A stretch of 64,000 nucleotides of DNA from an uncultured delta proteobacterium. GTDB taxonomy: Bacteria > Myxococcota_A > Polyangia > Polyangiales > B10-G4. The notes below the pieces were generated by a model that worked only from the letters and a program-made list of their open reading frames with translations, was not told the origin of the DNA and did no database searches. This document shows, piece by piece, positions 10,686-19,846 of this stretch (within the stretch, counting starts at the first letter, position 1; the number at the start of each line of letters is the position of its first letter). Position numbers and translations under genes: made by a program. The DNA lies in the NCBI GenBank assembly GCA_963727445.1, contig CAVSGI010000015.1:352001-416000 (forward strand). Direction: 5' to 3'.

Positions 10686-11221
10686 GCAAAGAGTCGAAGA
10701 CGCCGTGGCTGATCGCGGTGGCGCTGCCTGCGGCCGTCTTGCTCTTCGCCGGGCTCAGCCTGTGGCTCACGGGGCGACCGGCGGCCCCCGACTTCACCCT
10801 CCCGATCGTCGCGGGGGAAGGCGCGGCCCATGGCGATCGCATCCGGCTCTCCGAGCTCCGCGGTCGGGTCGTGCTCCTCGACTTCTGGGCCAGCTGGTGC
10901 GGGCCCTGTCGCCAGTCGATCCCGATCATCAACGACGTCGCCGCCGACTACGAGGCGCAGGGTCTGACCGTCCTCGGGATCAACGTCGAGCCCGAGCTGA
11001 GCGCCGACGAGCTGAACGGCGCGCACGCGACCTTCGGCGCGACCTTCCCCTCACTCCAGGACTCGGCGCGGGATCTGGAACGCGCCTATGGGATCGACAG
11101 CCTGCCCACCCTGGTCGTCATCGACCGCTCGGGTGTCATTCGCGACGCACGGCCAGGCGTCCCTGACGAGGGGCGACTGCGCCGTTTGGTGGAGGAGCTG
11201 GTCGCGGAGAGTCAGCAGTGA
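10682..11221 (+). CDS. TlpA/ResA-family thiol-disulfide reductase
   Basis: N-terminal TM, 'DFWASWCGPC', cis-Pro 'LPT'. Confidence 0.9.
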   Translation: MSKESKTPWLIAVALPAAVLLFAGLSLWLTGRPAAPDFTLPIVAGEGAAHGDRIRLSELRGRVVLLDFWASWCGPCRQSIPIINDVAADYEAQGLTVLGINVEPELSADELNGAHATFGATFPSLQDSARDLERAYGIDSLPTLVVIDRSGVIRDARPGVPDEGRLRRLVEELVAESQQ

Positions 11222-11232
11222 TAGGCCAGTGA

Positions 11233-11288
11233 TATCAGATGGTTAGGGGGTGTGAAGGTTGACACCAACCCCTCGGGGCCGTTATGCT
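11233..11288 (+). promoter_or_regulatory. IHF-consensus site plus sigma70-type promoter of the Fic gene
   Basis: TATCAGATGGTTA (11233-11245) matches WATCARNNNNTTR; TTGACA (11259-11264), 18-nt spacer, TATGCT (11283-11288). Confidence 0.5.
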
Positions 11289-11331
11289 CCGCCGCCCCAA
11301 CCGACCTTTGTCATTCGGCTAGGAAAACTCC

Positions 11332-12117
11332 TTGGTTCAAATTCTCCGCGGCGGAAGTCTCGAGGAGCGGGTGACCCGCTTACACGAGGTCACTTCGAAG
11401 GCCCCCAAGTCACTTCACGACCAGTTCGCGGAGCGCCTCGACATCACGTGGATCTACCACGACAGCGCGCTCGAAGGGATCGTCTACAGCTTCGACGAGC
11501 TCAAGGCAGCCATCGACGATCGGGTCGTCAGTGATACCTCTCTGATACCTGTGTACGACGAGATCCGTCAGCACAAGGCGGCGATCGATCTCGTTCGCGA
11601 GCTCGCGGAGAAGAAGCGCCTCAGCATCAACCTCGAGGTCATCAAGAAGATCTACGTGACCCTCATCCCGGAGGAGGGTGAGGGCAAGGGCGCGCCGAAG
11701 TACCGCAAGGACATGCCGCTTCATCGGCTCTACTTCCACGACATCGCGCAGCCCGAGAAGATCCGCCACCAGACGCGCCAGCTGGTGCAGTGGATGAACG
11801 CCGCGGAGACCAAGCGGTCGACCCACTCGGTGCGACTCGCGGCGAAGGCCCACTACAAGCTCCTGCACATCTACCCCTTCGCGAAGCACAGCGGGAAGGT
11901 CGCGCGCCTGATGATGAACCTCATCCTGATGCGTCAGGGCTATCCCCCGGCGATCATCCACGCGACCGAGCGCCAGCGTTACTACGACGCGCTCAAGACC
12001 TCCGAGGACGCGACGGCCAAGCTCGTCACCGACGCCCTCGCCTCCTCGGTGGAGAGTACGATCCACTTCTACGAGGAGTCGCTCGGGCTCAAGTCGACGG
12101 TTTCGCTGGCCGACTAG
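11332..12117 (+). CDS. Fic-family protein with degenerate active site
   Basis: 'YHDSALEG' inhibitory-helix-like motif; 'IYPFAKHSGKVAR' in place of HPFxDGNGRxxR; 'LMRQGYPP...RQRYYDAL'. Confidence 0.8.
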   Translation: MVQILRGGSLEERVTRLHEVTSKAPKSLHDQFAERLDITWIYHDSALEGIVYSFDELKAAIDDRVVSDTSLIPVYDEIRQHKAAIDLVRELAEKKRLSINLEVIKKIYVTLIPEEGEGKGAPKYRKDMPLHRLYFHDIAQPEKIRHQTRQLVQWMNAAETKRSTHSVRLAAKAHYKLLHIYPFAKHSGKVARLMMNLILMRQGYPPAIIHATERQRYYDALKTSEDATAKLVTDALASSVESTIHFYEESLGLKSTVSLAD

Positions 12118-12144
12118 AAGCCAAGAGCGCCAGAGGGTGGCCTG

Positions 12145-12858
12145 TTACGCGTCTCCGCCCGGCAACAGGTCGTACATCTCCGGGCCCATGACCTCGCCGT
12201 GCAGGGCGATGCGGTCGCCAGCCTCGAAGTCGATCACCACCAGCGTCTTTCCGCCGGGGCCTCCGAGGATCACGTATTCGGCGCGCGCGGTGGTCAGGGG
12301 GAGATGCTCTCCCTCGGTGCGAACGTCCGCGTGACCGCGGCGGCGCAGCTTGAGCCGCAAGCCCTCGATGGGCAGCTCGGTGGGGACCGCGCCGCCCGGC
12401 ACCTCGTCGGTGTGGGCGAGGAAGGCGACGTCGCGCGCCTCGGCGTCGAGCTGGGCGATGTGGGTCGCCCGCGCCGCGCCGGGGGCCGCGAAGAGGCTCA
12501 ACGCGAAACCCTCTTCGTCGAGATACACCTCGCCGGCGAGCCAGAGCTCGGTGTCGGCGTAGAGGATCACGTCGCCTACGCGCAGGCCGCGGGGTGATTG
12601 CGGCCGCGCGCGCTTCTTCTCCTCGCCGGCCTCCGCTTCGCCCGAGGGCTCGGAGTCGCGATCCGTCTCATCGTCGTCCTTGGAGGTCTCGGCCTTCGCC
12701 GCCGACGCATCGGTCCCGTCGCCCCTCTCGAGCGCAGCTGCGGCCTCCCGACGCTTCGCGCGACGTATCGCGAGGGCGCCGAGGACGACGATCCCCGCAC
12801 CGACCGCTAGCTCGATGATCACCGTCAGGGCGTCTATCAAATCCCAGCCACGATTCAA
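12145..12858 (-). CDS. Hypothetical membrane-anchored protein (possibly DUF4178-like)
   Basis: N-terminal TM, 'LRVGDVI' followed by a beta-rich region; GC3-consistent codons. Confidence 0.55.
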   Translation of the reverse strand: MNRGWDLIDALTVIIELAVGAGIVVLGALAIRRAKRREAAAALERGDGTDASAAKAETSKDDDETDRDSEPSGEAEAGEEKKRARPQSPRGLRVGDVILYADTELWLAGEVYLDEEGFALSLFAAPGAARATHIAQLDAEARDVAFLAHTDEVPGGAVPTELPIEGLRLKLRRRGHADVRTEGEHLPLTTARAEYVILGGPGGKTLVVIDFEAGDRIALHGEVMGPEMYDLLPGGDA

Positions 12859-12895
12859 ATCACCGTCCGCCGGATGTGCTCTATCCTCCCGCGCG

Positions 12896-14686
12896 GTGCA
12901 GCGCCGTCCGAAGATCGTCCTCGTCTCCGCTCTCGCGGTCGTGGGGCTTCTGCTCTTCGGGCTCGCCCTCGCGCGCTACCGGACCTTTCACAACGAGACC
13001 TTCGATCTCGCGTTCTACGGGCGGATGGCCTGGGGACCGTGGCGCGGCATCTTCTGGGATCCGGTGGTCGGCGCCCACATGCTCGGGCTCCACGTCTCGC
13101 TGGTGATCCTGCCCCTCGGCGTCGCCAGTCTGATCGAGGGCGCGATCATCCCCTTTCTCCTGGCGGTGCAGGCGGCGGCGGTGGTGCTCGCCGCGATCCC
13201 CTTCGCGCGCATGGCCGAACGTCGCTTCGGGAGCTGGGGCGCCCTGGCGGGCGGGGCGGCCTGGCTCCTCTATCCGAACATCGGCCATGTCGCGACCTAC
13301 GAGTGGCATCCGGGGACCCTCGCCGTGCTTCCGCTGGCGTACGCCCTCGAGGCGCTCGACCGGCGCGCGGCCAAGCCCTTCCTCGTGAGCGCGCTCCTGG
13401 TCCTCGCGTGTCGCGAGGACCTCGGCCTCTGCCTCGCGCTCCTCGGCCTCCTCGCCTTTTGGGCCGACCCGGGCATGCGCCGCGTAGGCGCGATCCTCTC
13501 CGGCGTCTCCGTCCTCTACGTCGCGCTCTTCGCGCTGGTCCTCTTGCCGCGCCTCGGCCCCGAGACCGGCTCGGTGCATCTGCATTTCGGGAAGTGGGGC
13601 GACTCTCTGGGGGGCGCCGTCGTCGGCATGCTCACGCACCCCCGCGCGGTGCTCGAGCATCTCGCCGAGCCAGCGCGCCTGACGTATCTGCCGCGGCTGC
13701 TCCTGCCCCTCGCGGGCCTCTCGCTCCTGCGGCCGAAGTGGTTGATCCCGGCGCTGCCCTTCGTCGCCATCAACCTGATGAGCGAGTGGCCCACGACCAC
13801 CGATCTCGACAGCCACTACCAGACGATCCTCCTGCCCTTCCTCGTCGCGGCCGCCATCGACGGGGCGGCGCGCGCGAGCGAGCGGGTCGATCGCCGCGTC
13901 GTCCTCTTCGCCCTGGTGGGCGCCGCGACCGTGGGCCACGCGGCGCTCGGTGGAACGCCCCTCGCCGTCGACTTCGATGGGTCGAAGTTCACCACCGACG
14001 CGCGAACCCTCGCCGCGCGCGCGGCGCTGGCCGAGATCCCCGAGGACGAGAGCGTTCAGGCGCCTTACGCCCTGATGCCGCACCTGGTGGAGCGCGAGCT
14101 GGTGAGCGCCGCCCCGCCCCCCGACAAGAACTACGCCTTCGTGGTCCTCGATGCCTGGCATCGCCAGCGTTACGCCCAGGACGAGAGCCTGCTTCGAACC
14201 TCCGAGGAGCCCACCGTTCGCGATTGGCTCGCCCGCGACGACTACGGGTTGGTCCTGTCGCAGGCGCCGTACCTCGTCTTCGAGCGAGGTGCCGATCCGC
14301 GCGCGCTCCCTCGCGAGCGCGGTATCCTGCGCAGGGGCGGTGAGGCGGCCGACGCGCGCGGGGTCCGCCTCACCGCGTGTCTCTATCTGGTCGGCTGGTC
14401 GCGCGCGGAGCACGAGCTCCATCTCGACATGCGCGCGGTCAGCGAATGCGGGGCCGACATGGCGATCCGGATCGGCCGGGGTGAGCGACCTTCTCGGGTG
14501 GACCTTCTCTTCGGAGGGCTCCTGTCGCCAGCGCATCTCGAGCCAGGGGATCGCCTGCGCTCCGCGCATCCCCTGGACGACGCCGAGGCGCGCGCCTTCG
14601 ACGCGGGGGAGCTCCGAGTGGGCCTGTTACGCTCGAGCGGCGCCCGCCCCTCCCACGGCGATCCGGTCTCGGTGCCGCTGCGCTGA
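12896..14686 (+). CDS. DUF2079 membrane protein (GT-C-like)
   Basis: 'FDLAFY', 'YEWHP' and 'LACRED' motifs, many TM helices; GTG start inferred. Confidence 0.7.
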   Translation: MQRRPKIVLVSALAVVGLLLFGLALARYRTFHNETFDLAFYGRMAWGPWRGIFWDPVVGAHMLGLHVSLVILPLGVASLIEGAIIPFLLAVQAAAVVLAAIPFARMAERRFGSWGALAGGAAWLLYPNIGHVATYEWHPGTLAVLPLAYALEALDRRAAKPFLVSALLVLACREDLGLCLALLGLLAFWADPGMRRVGAILSGVSVLYVALFALVLLPRLGPETGSVHLHFGKWGDSLGGAVVGMLTHPRAVLEHLAEPARLTYLPRLLLPLAGLSLLRPKWLIPALPFVAINLMSEWPTTTDLDSHYQTILLPFLVAAAIDGAARASERVDRRVVLFALVGAATVGHAALGGTPLAVDFDGSKFTTDARTLAARAALAEIPEDESVQAPYALMPHLVERELVSAAPPPDKNYAFVVLDAWHRQRYAQDESLLRTSEEPTVRDWLARDDYGLVLSQAPYLVFERGADPRALPRERGILRRGGEAADARGVRLTACLYLVGWSRAEHELHLDMRAVSECGADMAIRIGRGERPSRVDLLFGGLLSPAHLEPGDRLRSAHPLDDAEARAFDAGELRVGLLRSSGARPSHGDPVSVPLR

Positions 14687-14696
14687 CTGGAACCCT

Positions 14697-15053
14697 CTAA
14701 CTCTCGATGTCGTCGGGATTGACGAGGATGTAGCGACCGGCCGAGGAGCGCCTCTTTCGGGCGGGCTCTTCCGGAGCTGCTGCGGGCGGCGCCTCGCTGA
14801 GCGGCGGCGGGCGATTCGAGGGCGAGGCCATCATCTCCGCCAGCTCTTCGGGGGAGCTCTTCGCGTCTTCGAGAGCGTTCTGCACCTTGCGGGTGTGGGC
14901 GATCATCGCCAGGACGCTGCGCGCGCGAGCGTACTTGCGGCGGAGGTCCACGAGCTCTTCGCGGGCCTCGGCGAGAGAGCGCTTCGTGTCTTCGAGCTCT
15001 GCTTCGAGGCGATCGATCTTCGCGGCGAAGGCGTCGTCTTGATCGCGATACAC
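14697..15053 (-). CDS. Hypothetical coiled-coil protein
   Basis: Heptad-like ORF with typical codon bias. Confidence 0.55.
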   Translation of the reverse strand: MYRDQDDAFAAKIDRLEAELEDTKRSLAEAREELVDLRRKYARARSVLAMIAHTRKVQNALEDAKSSPEELAEMMASPSNRPPPLSEAPPAAAPEEPARKRRSSAGRYILVNPDDIES

Positions 15054-15110
15054 GGGGCGGATCCAGCCTACGTTGGCGATGTGCAGCGCCGAAGCGCTAC
15101 GCGCGCAACC

Positions 15111-15416
15111 TCAAAGGGACGGGATCTTGCGCGCCGGCTGTGCGATCGCGCCGGGAAGGCGCTGCGCGAGAGGCCAGTTGGGCGCGGGGCGCGTCGCACG
15201 CTCGAGGACGGCGCGCTTCTCGGCGGGAAGGCTCACGAGCCACGCGTCATCGGCGTGGGGCTTCTCGCGGGTGAGGGTGAAGGGCAGAGCCGGGGGCTCG
15301 GGCGCCGAGACCAACTGCGCCTCGTGGCTTCCGTCGACCACGGTGGGCATGTCCTCGAAGCCCGTGGGCATGAGCTCGAGCTCCTTCTTCATCTCCGCTG
15401 CGGTGACTTGCTTCAT
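15111..15416 (-). CDS. Hypothetical protein
   Basis: GAGGAG RBS before ATG at 15416. Confidence 0.5.
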   Translation of the reverse strand: MKQVTAAEMKKELELMPTGFEDMPTVVDGSHEAQLVSAPEPPALPFTLTREKPHADDAWLVSLPAEKRAVLERATRPAPNWPLAQRLPGAIAQPARKIPSL

Positions 15417-15447
15417 GACCCAACTCCTCGTCTCGACCCGGAACAAC

Positions 15448-15462
15448 GCAGGCTCCATGCCA
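15448..15462 (-). promoter_or_regulatory. Putative sigma54 (-24/-12) promoter
   Basis: TGGCATGGAGCCTGC on the minus strand, GG-N10-GC, about 30 nt upstream of ATG 15416. Confidence 0.5.
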
Positions 15463-15568
15463 CCTGCACCTACATGGGTCAAGCGGGAGATCATTGTGGA
15501 AAAGCACCAGCAAGGTGGCGGATCGATCAGCCAGCACTGACAAGCGCGTCGTGGATCTGTGAGCTGAC

Positions 15569-16699
15569 TCAGAGGCGAGCGCGTTCGCCGAACTGCCGCT
15601 CCATCTCGGCGGCGTGCTCGAGGACGTGATCGCGGCGCTCGAAGAGGTCGTCGAGCTGCCTATCGCTCAGGAACGGCGCGAGGGGATCCTGGGCCATGCG
15701 CCGCTCGAGGCGCGCGCGGTCGAGCCGACGGAGACGCCCGAGCGTGCTCCACCGGAAGCGCTGAAGGGCGTGGAGGCGCGCGTCCATGAGCGGCACGCGC
15801 GCGCCGCGAGGACCCGCCGTGAAGCCAGCGCCGTTGTCGAGATAGATCAGCGGGCCGGCCTCGCCGCGGGTGCGCACGTTCTGGAAGTTGCCACCCCAGC
15901 GGTCGACGTTCGTGGTCAGGTAGTCGAAGACGATCATGTCGCTGAGCTCGGCGGCGCGGTCTTCGGTGTCGGGGGTGTCGGCGGCGATCTCGCCTTCGGT
16001 CTGCACGTGGGCGTCGCGCCAGTCGCGCGGGCGCTGGTAGGGCGAGATGAGCAGCGAGCTCTCGTTGCGCACCCACTTGTCCCACCGTCGGCCGGCGTTC
16101 AGTCGCTCGAGTCGCTCGGGGATCCACCAGATGAAGGCGCCGCGCACGGTGCCGTCCTCCTGGACGATCACCTCGTCCACGCGCTCGTCGCCCATCGCCG
16201 CCTGACGGAGCGGCTCCCATTCGATCACGCGACCGATGGTCGGCGGGACCCGGCCGAGACCGAGCTCTCGGTCGAGGTAGTAGGCGCCGAGCTCGGAGTA
16301 GAAATGCGCAGCCGAGAAGGTCTGCTCCGGCTTGTAGTAGCCGACGGTTCCGTCGGCGAGGGTGACCTTGAAGGCGAGAGAGCGTCCGCCGTGGCCGCGC
16401 TCGACTTCCACGATCTCCTCGTTGGCGAGGGCGTCGCGCATGTCGTGATCGAGCTCGCCCAGGAAGCGGCTCCGGCGATCGACCTCGACAGGCGTGGGCG
16501 ATTCCGCCGGCTCTGGGGTGGGCGCTTCGGCTTCGGCGGGCTCCTGCTGGGCGCCGGGATCGTCGGGGGCGACGGTCGGCGCGGGCTCATGCGCGCGCAT
16601 GACCGGCGGGTTCGGGGGGGCGGAAGCAGAAGCCTGATCGCAGGCCGAGAGCAGGGGGGCCGCCGCCACCGACAGGACGAGGAGGAGGTGTCTACACAT
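15569..16699 (-). CDS. Lipoprotein with Fam20C/Four-jointed-like atypical kinase domain
   Basis: Lipobox LSAC; YYKP, SELGAYYLDRELGLGRVPPTIGR, DMIVFDYLTTNVDR and YLDNGAGF motifs. Confidence 0.7.
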   Translation of the reverse strand: MCRHLLLVLSVAAAPLLSACDQASASAPPNPPVMRAHEPAPTVAPDDPGAQQEPAEAEAPTPEPAESPTPVEVDRRSRFLGELDHDMRDALANEEIVEVERGHGGRSLAFKVTLADGTVGYYKPEQTFSAAHFYSELGAYYLDRELGLGRVPPTIGRVIEWEPLRQAAMGDERVDEVIVQEDGTVRGAFIWWIPERLERLNAGRRWDKWVRNESSLLISPYQRPRDWRDAHVQTEGEIAADTPDTEDRAAELSDMIVFDYLTTNVDRWGGNFQNVRTRGEAGPLIYLDNGAGFTAGPRGARVPLMDARLHALQRFRWSTLGRLRRLDRARLERRMAQDPLAPFLSDRQLDDLFERRDHVLEHAAEMERQFGERARL

Positions 16700-16842
16700 G
16701 CGTCTTTCCTTTGTCGCTCGGATCAGCGAATCGGGCCAGAAACGTGTCCTGGCGCACGCGATCGTGTCGCCGCTGGAACACGCGATGGCGTCGATTGCCA
16801 GGGCCTGAGCGTGGGTCCGGCGGTTGCAGCAGCGGAGGCTCG

Positions 16843-17931
16843 ATGCGCGGGACGCTGCTCTTTCTTCTGTTCACGATCGCCTTGTCGTCGGGGCGCGCGC
16901 TCGCGCAGGAGGCGCACTCGGACGTCTGGTCCGAGCCGAATCCGGGCGTTCGATATCTCCACCGCACGACGGACCTGCCGTGCACCATCCATGCCCTGGT
17001 CGTGGACCTCTCGGCGGACGGCGTGCGGATCGAAGCGACGCCCTACGAGGAACGCTGGCAGTCCGTGGGGAGCTGGGCGCGTGAGACGGACGCCGTCGCC
17101 GCGGTGAACGGCGGGTTCTGGAGCGGGTTCGCGCGTCCCGATGGCATCGCGGCCGGCGGCGGCGAGCCGTGGCCCGGCGCCGAGGACGACGCCGACCACG
17201 GCTTCTTTGCGGTGGATGATTCGGGTCGCGCGTTCATCAGCCCGCCCGAGGTGGTGGAGGAAGAGATCCCATCACGGGTGCGCGGCGCCGTCTCCGGCCG
17301 GCCGATGATCGTGCGCGGCGGCGAGGTCGACACGCTGTCCCTCGACACCTTCGAGCACGCGCGCAATCGGCACCCCCGGACCGCGGTGGGCGTGTCGCGG
17401 GATGGGCGCACCGTGTACTTCGTGGTCGCCGACGGGCGGCGCGCCCACAGCCGCGGGCAGAACCTCTACGAGCTCGCGGAGCTCATGCGGGAGCTCGGTG
17501 CCTACGACGCGATCAACCTCGACGGCGGCGGGTCGAGCACGATGTACGTCGAGTCCCTCGGGGGCGTCGTGAACGCGCCGAGCGGCGGGCGATGGGAGTC
17601 GGCGTTGGGGCTCGGCGCCGACGAGGAGGTGGCGCGAGAGCGGGTGGCGCGAGACGGGATTCAGGAGAGCTGGGTGCGCGGTGTCGAGCGCGAGGTCATG
17701 AATCACGTCGGCGTGTTCGCGCCGCGCCCGGAGTCGATGGACGTGGCTTCGGCCAACGACACGCTGCCGCGACCGGACGACGTTAGAGCGCCCTCGGCCC
17801 CGCCACCGCGCGCGCCGCTCTTCCGTCTCGGCACGGCGCGCGAGGTTCTCTATCCACTGCTCTGGGGATTCGTCTGCGCCGTCCCGCTCTTCCTCGCCCT
17901 CGCGATCTGGAGACGTCGCCGTCGCGCGTGA
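16843..17931 (+). CDS. Phosphodiester glycosidase (NAGPA/DUF2233) family protein
   Basis: Signal peptide; AAVNGGFW, RHPRTAVG and AINLDGGGSSTM motifs; C-terminal TM. Confidence 0.88.
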   Translation: MRGTLLFLLFTIALSSGRALAQEAHSDVWSEPNPGVRYLHRTTDLPCTIHALVVDLSADGVRIEATPYEERWQSVGSWARETDAVAAVNGGFWSGFARPDGIAAGGGEPWPGAEDDADHGFFAVDDSGRAFISPPEVVEEEIPSRVRGAVSGRPMIVRGGEVDTLSLDTFEHARNRHPRTAVGVSRDGRTVYFVVADGRRAHSRGQNLYELAELMRELGAYDAINLDGGGSSTMYVESLGGVVNAPSGGRWESALGLGADEEVARERVARDGIQESWVRGVEREVMNHVGVFAPRPESMDVASANDTLPRPDDVRAPSAPPPRAPLFRLGTAREVLYPLLWGFVCAVPLFLALAIWRRRRRA

Positions 17932-17975
17932 GGTTTCACTGGATCGGCGGCCACGCATTGGCGACATTTCCGCTG

Positions 17976-18917
17976 ATGACGGCGGTCGCGCAGCAGGTCT
18001 TCGTCTGTCGCGTCCTGCCCGTGGACGCCAAGTCCTTCTTCGGGCCGGGGGTGAAGGTGAGCGTCTTCGATGCGCCGCGCCCGCCGACCCGCGCCGAGAT
18101 CCTCGAAGAGGCGAAGGGGGCGGGAGGCCTCGTGACCCTGCTCTCGGACGAGGTGGACGGAGAGCTCCTCGATGCGCTCCCCGACGTCCGCGTCGTCGCG
18201 AACTTCGCCGTCGGCTACGACAACATCGACGTCGACGCATGCACCGCCCGCGGCGTTTGGGTCACCAACACGCCCGACGTGCTGACCGAGGCCACCGCCG
18301 ACCTCACCCTCGCATTGATCCTCGCGGTCGCCCGGCGTCTGCACGAGGGCGAGCGACTGGTGCGCGAGGGACGCTTCGATGGATGGAGCCCCACGATGCT
18401 TCTCGGGATGGAGCTGTCGGGGAAGACCCTCGGCATCTACGGACCGGGGCGCATCGGTCAGGCGGTGGCGCGTCGTGCCGAGGCGTTCGGGATGGAGATC
18501 CTGGCGACGGGACGGGGCAGCGGCGTGCCTTTCGAAGAGCTCCTCGCGCACTCGGACGTGATCAGCATCCACGCGCCCCTCACCGAGCAGACGTGGCACG
18601 CCTTCGACGACGCCGCTTTTGCCCGGATGAAGCCGACCGCGCTCCTCATCAACACGGCGCGCGGGCCGATCGTCGACGAGGGGGCCCTGGTGGGCGCCCT
18701 CCGCGCGGGCCGCATCGCCGGCGCGGGCCTCGACGTCTACGAAGAGGAGCCGCGCGTCCACGAGCGTCTTCTCCGCCGAGACGACGTCGTGCTCCTCCCC
18801 CATCTGGGGAGCGCCACCCGCGAAACGCGTCGGGCCATGGCGCAGCTCGCCCTCGACAATTGCGCCGCCGTGCTGCGCGGCGAGCGTCCGCCCAATGCAG
18901 TGAACGAGTTGGGATGA
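17976..18917 (+). CDS. D-2-hydroxyacid dehydrogenase (glyoxylate/hydroxypyruvate reductase)
   Basis: AVGYDNID, NTPDVLTEATAD, GPGRIG, INTARG and PHLGSAT motifs. Confidence 0.92.
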   Translation: MTAVAQQVFVCRVLPVDAKSFFGPGVKVSVFDAPRPPTRAEILEEAKGAGGLVTLLSDEVDGELLDALPDVRVVANFAVGYDNIDVDACTARGVWVTNTPDVLTEATADLTLALILAVARRLHEGERLVREGRFDGWSPTMLLGMELSGKTLGIYGPGRIGQAVARRAEAFGMEILATGRGSGVPFEELLAHSDVISIHAPLTEQTWHAFDDAAFARMKPTALLINTARGPIVDEGALVGALRAGRIAGAGLDVYEEEPRVHERLLRRDDVVLLPHLGSATRETRRAMAQLALDNCAAVLRGERPPNAVNELG

Positions 18918-19846
18918 GCGAGGCCGAGCCGCGCGTCCAGGACTTCCTGCCGGACCTCGAGGTGGCGCGCGGCGCCGGGCTCCGGCTTCCTGCGCGCGTC
19001 TGGTGGCGGCTCGGTCTCGAGGTCGATCTCATGGATCGCGATCCCATCGAAGTGCGCCGCGTCGCGGCGATCATCGTGAGCGCACGCGTCTTGCGTCGTC
19101 GTCGTCTCGCCTACCAGCAGGAGGTCCCGGCGGCCGAGGCGGCACGCGCACCCGAAGCGATTCCGAAGCCGATCATCGACTTGAATCACGAGTCGCGACA
19201 GAGGGTGATCACCGATGTCGTCGCCGGTCCGGAGCGCTGCACGCGTTGCGTGAACGGGCAGGTGAGCTGCCTGGTCTGCCTCGGCCGAGGCTACGTCGAC
19301 GTCAGCCAGAGCAGCTATGAGGCGGCGGCGACTCGGCCGTGCAGGGCCTGCGCACAGCGAGGGACGCAGACCTGTTCTCATTGTGGCGGGAGCACGGAGA
19401 CGATGCGGGTGCGATGCGTCGACGTGATCGATGAGGTGGTGCGCCTCGACTACCCCTACGTGCCCACCATGTCCTTCGCCCTCGAAGAGAAGGTGCGTAC
19501 GGCCTTGGAGGAGGAGCTCGGCACCGAGCGCGCCGTCGCGAGCTGCCTCCGGGTAGACCTCTCGTCACAGAGACACGGCGGACCGTACCGGGAGGCGAAG
19601 CGAGAGCCGACGTTTCGAGGCTTCGTCTATGCCGACGCCCTCGGCAAGGCGCGCGCCGCTCTGGCTCAGCTCCGGGGGGAGGAGCCACTGGCGGAGGAGA
19701 TCCTGATCCACGCGCGCCCCATCTCGTGGCTCCGCTACGAGGCGTGGGGTGTGACTCGGGAAGTCGCGCTCTTCGTCGACCTCGTCGGGGATCTCCGGGC
19801 CATGGTCGCCGACGGTGGCCTTTCGGGAGTAGAGTCCGCCCCGTGA
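18914..19846 (+). CDS. Hypothetical protein with DnaJ-type CxxCxGxG zinc-finger repeats
   Basis: CTRCVNG, CLVCLGRG, CRACAQRG and CSHCGGS; ATGA overlap. Confidence 0.65.
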   Translation: MSEAEPRVQDFLPDLEVARGAGLRLPARVWWRLGLEVDLMDRDPIEVRRVAAIIVSARVLRRRRLAYQQEVPAAEAARAPEAIPKPIIDLNHESRQRVITDVVAGPERCTRCVNGQVSCLVCLGRGYVDVSQSSYEAAATRPCRACAQRGTQTCSHCGGSTETMRVRCVDVIDEVVRLDYPYVPTMSFALEEKVRTALEEELGTERAVASCLRVDLSSQRHGGPYREAKREPTFRGFVYADALGKARAALAQLRGEEPLAEEILIHARPISWLRYEAWGVTREVALFVDLVGDLRAMVADGGLSGVESAP

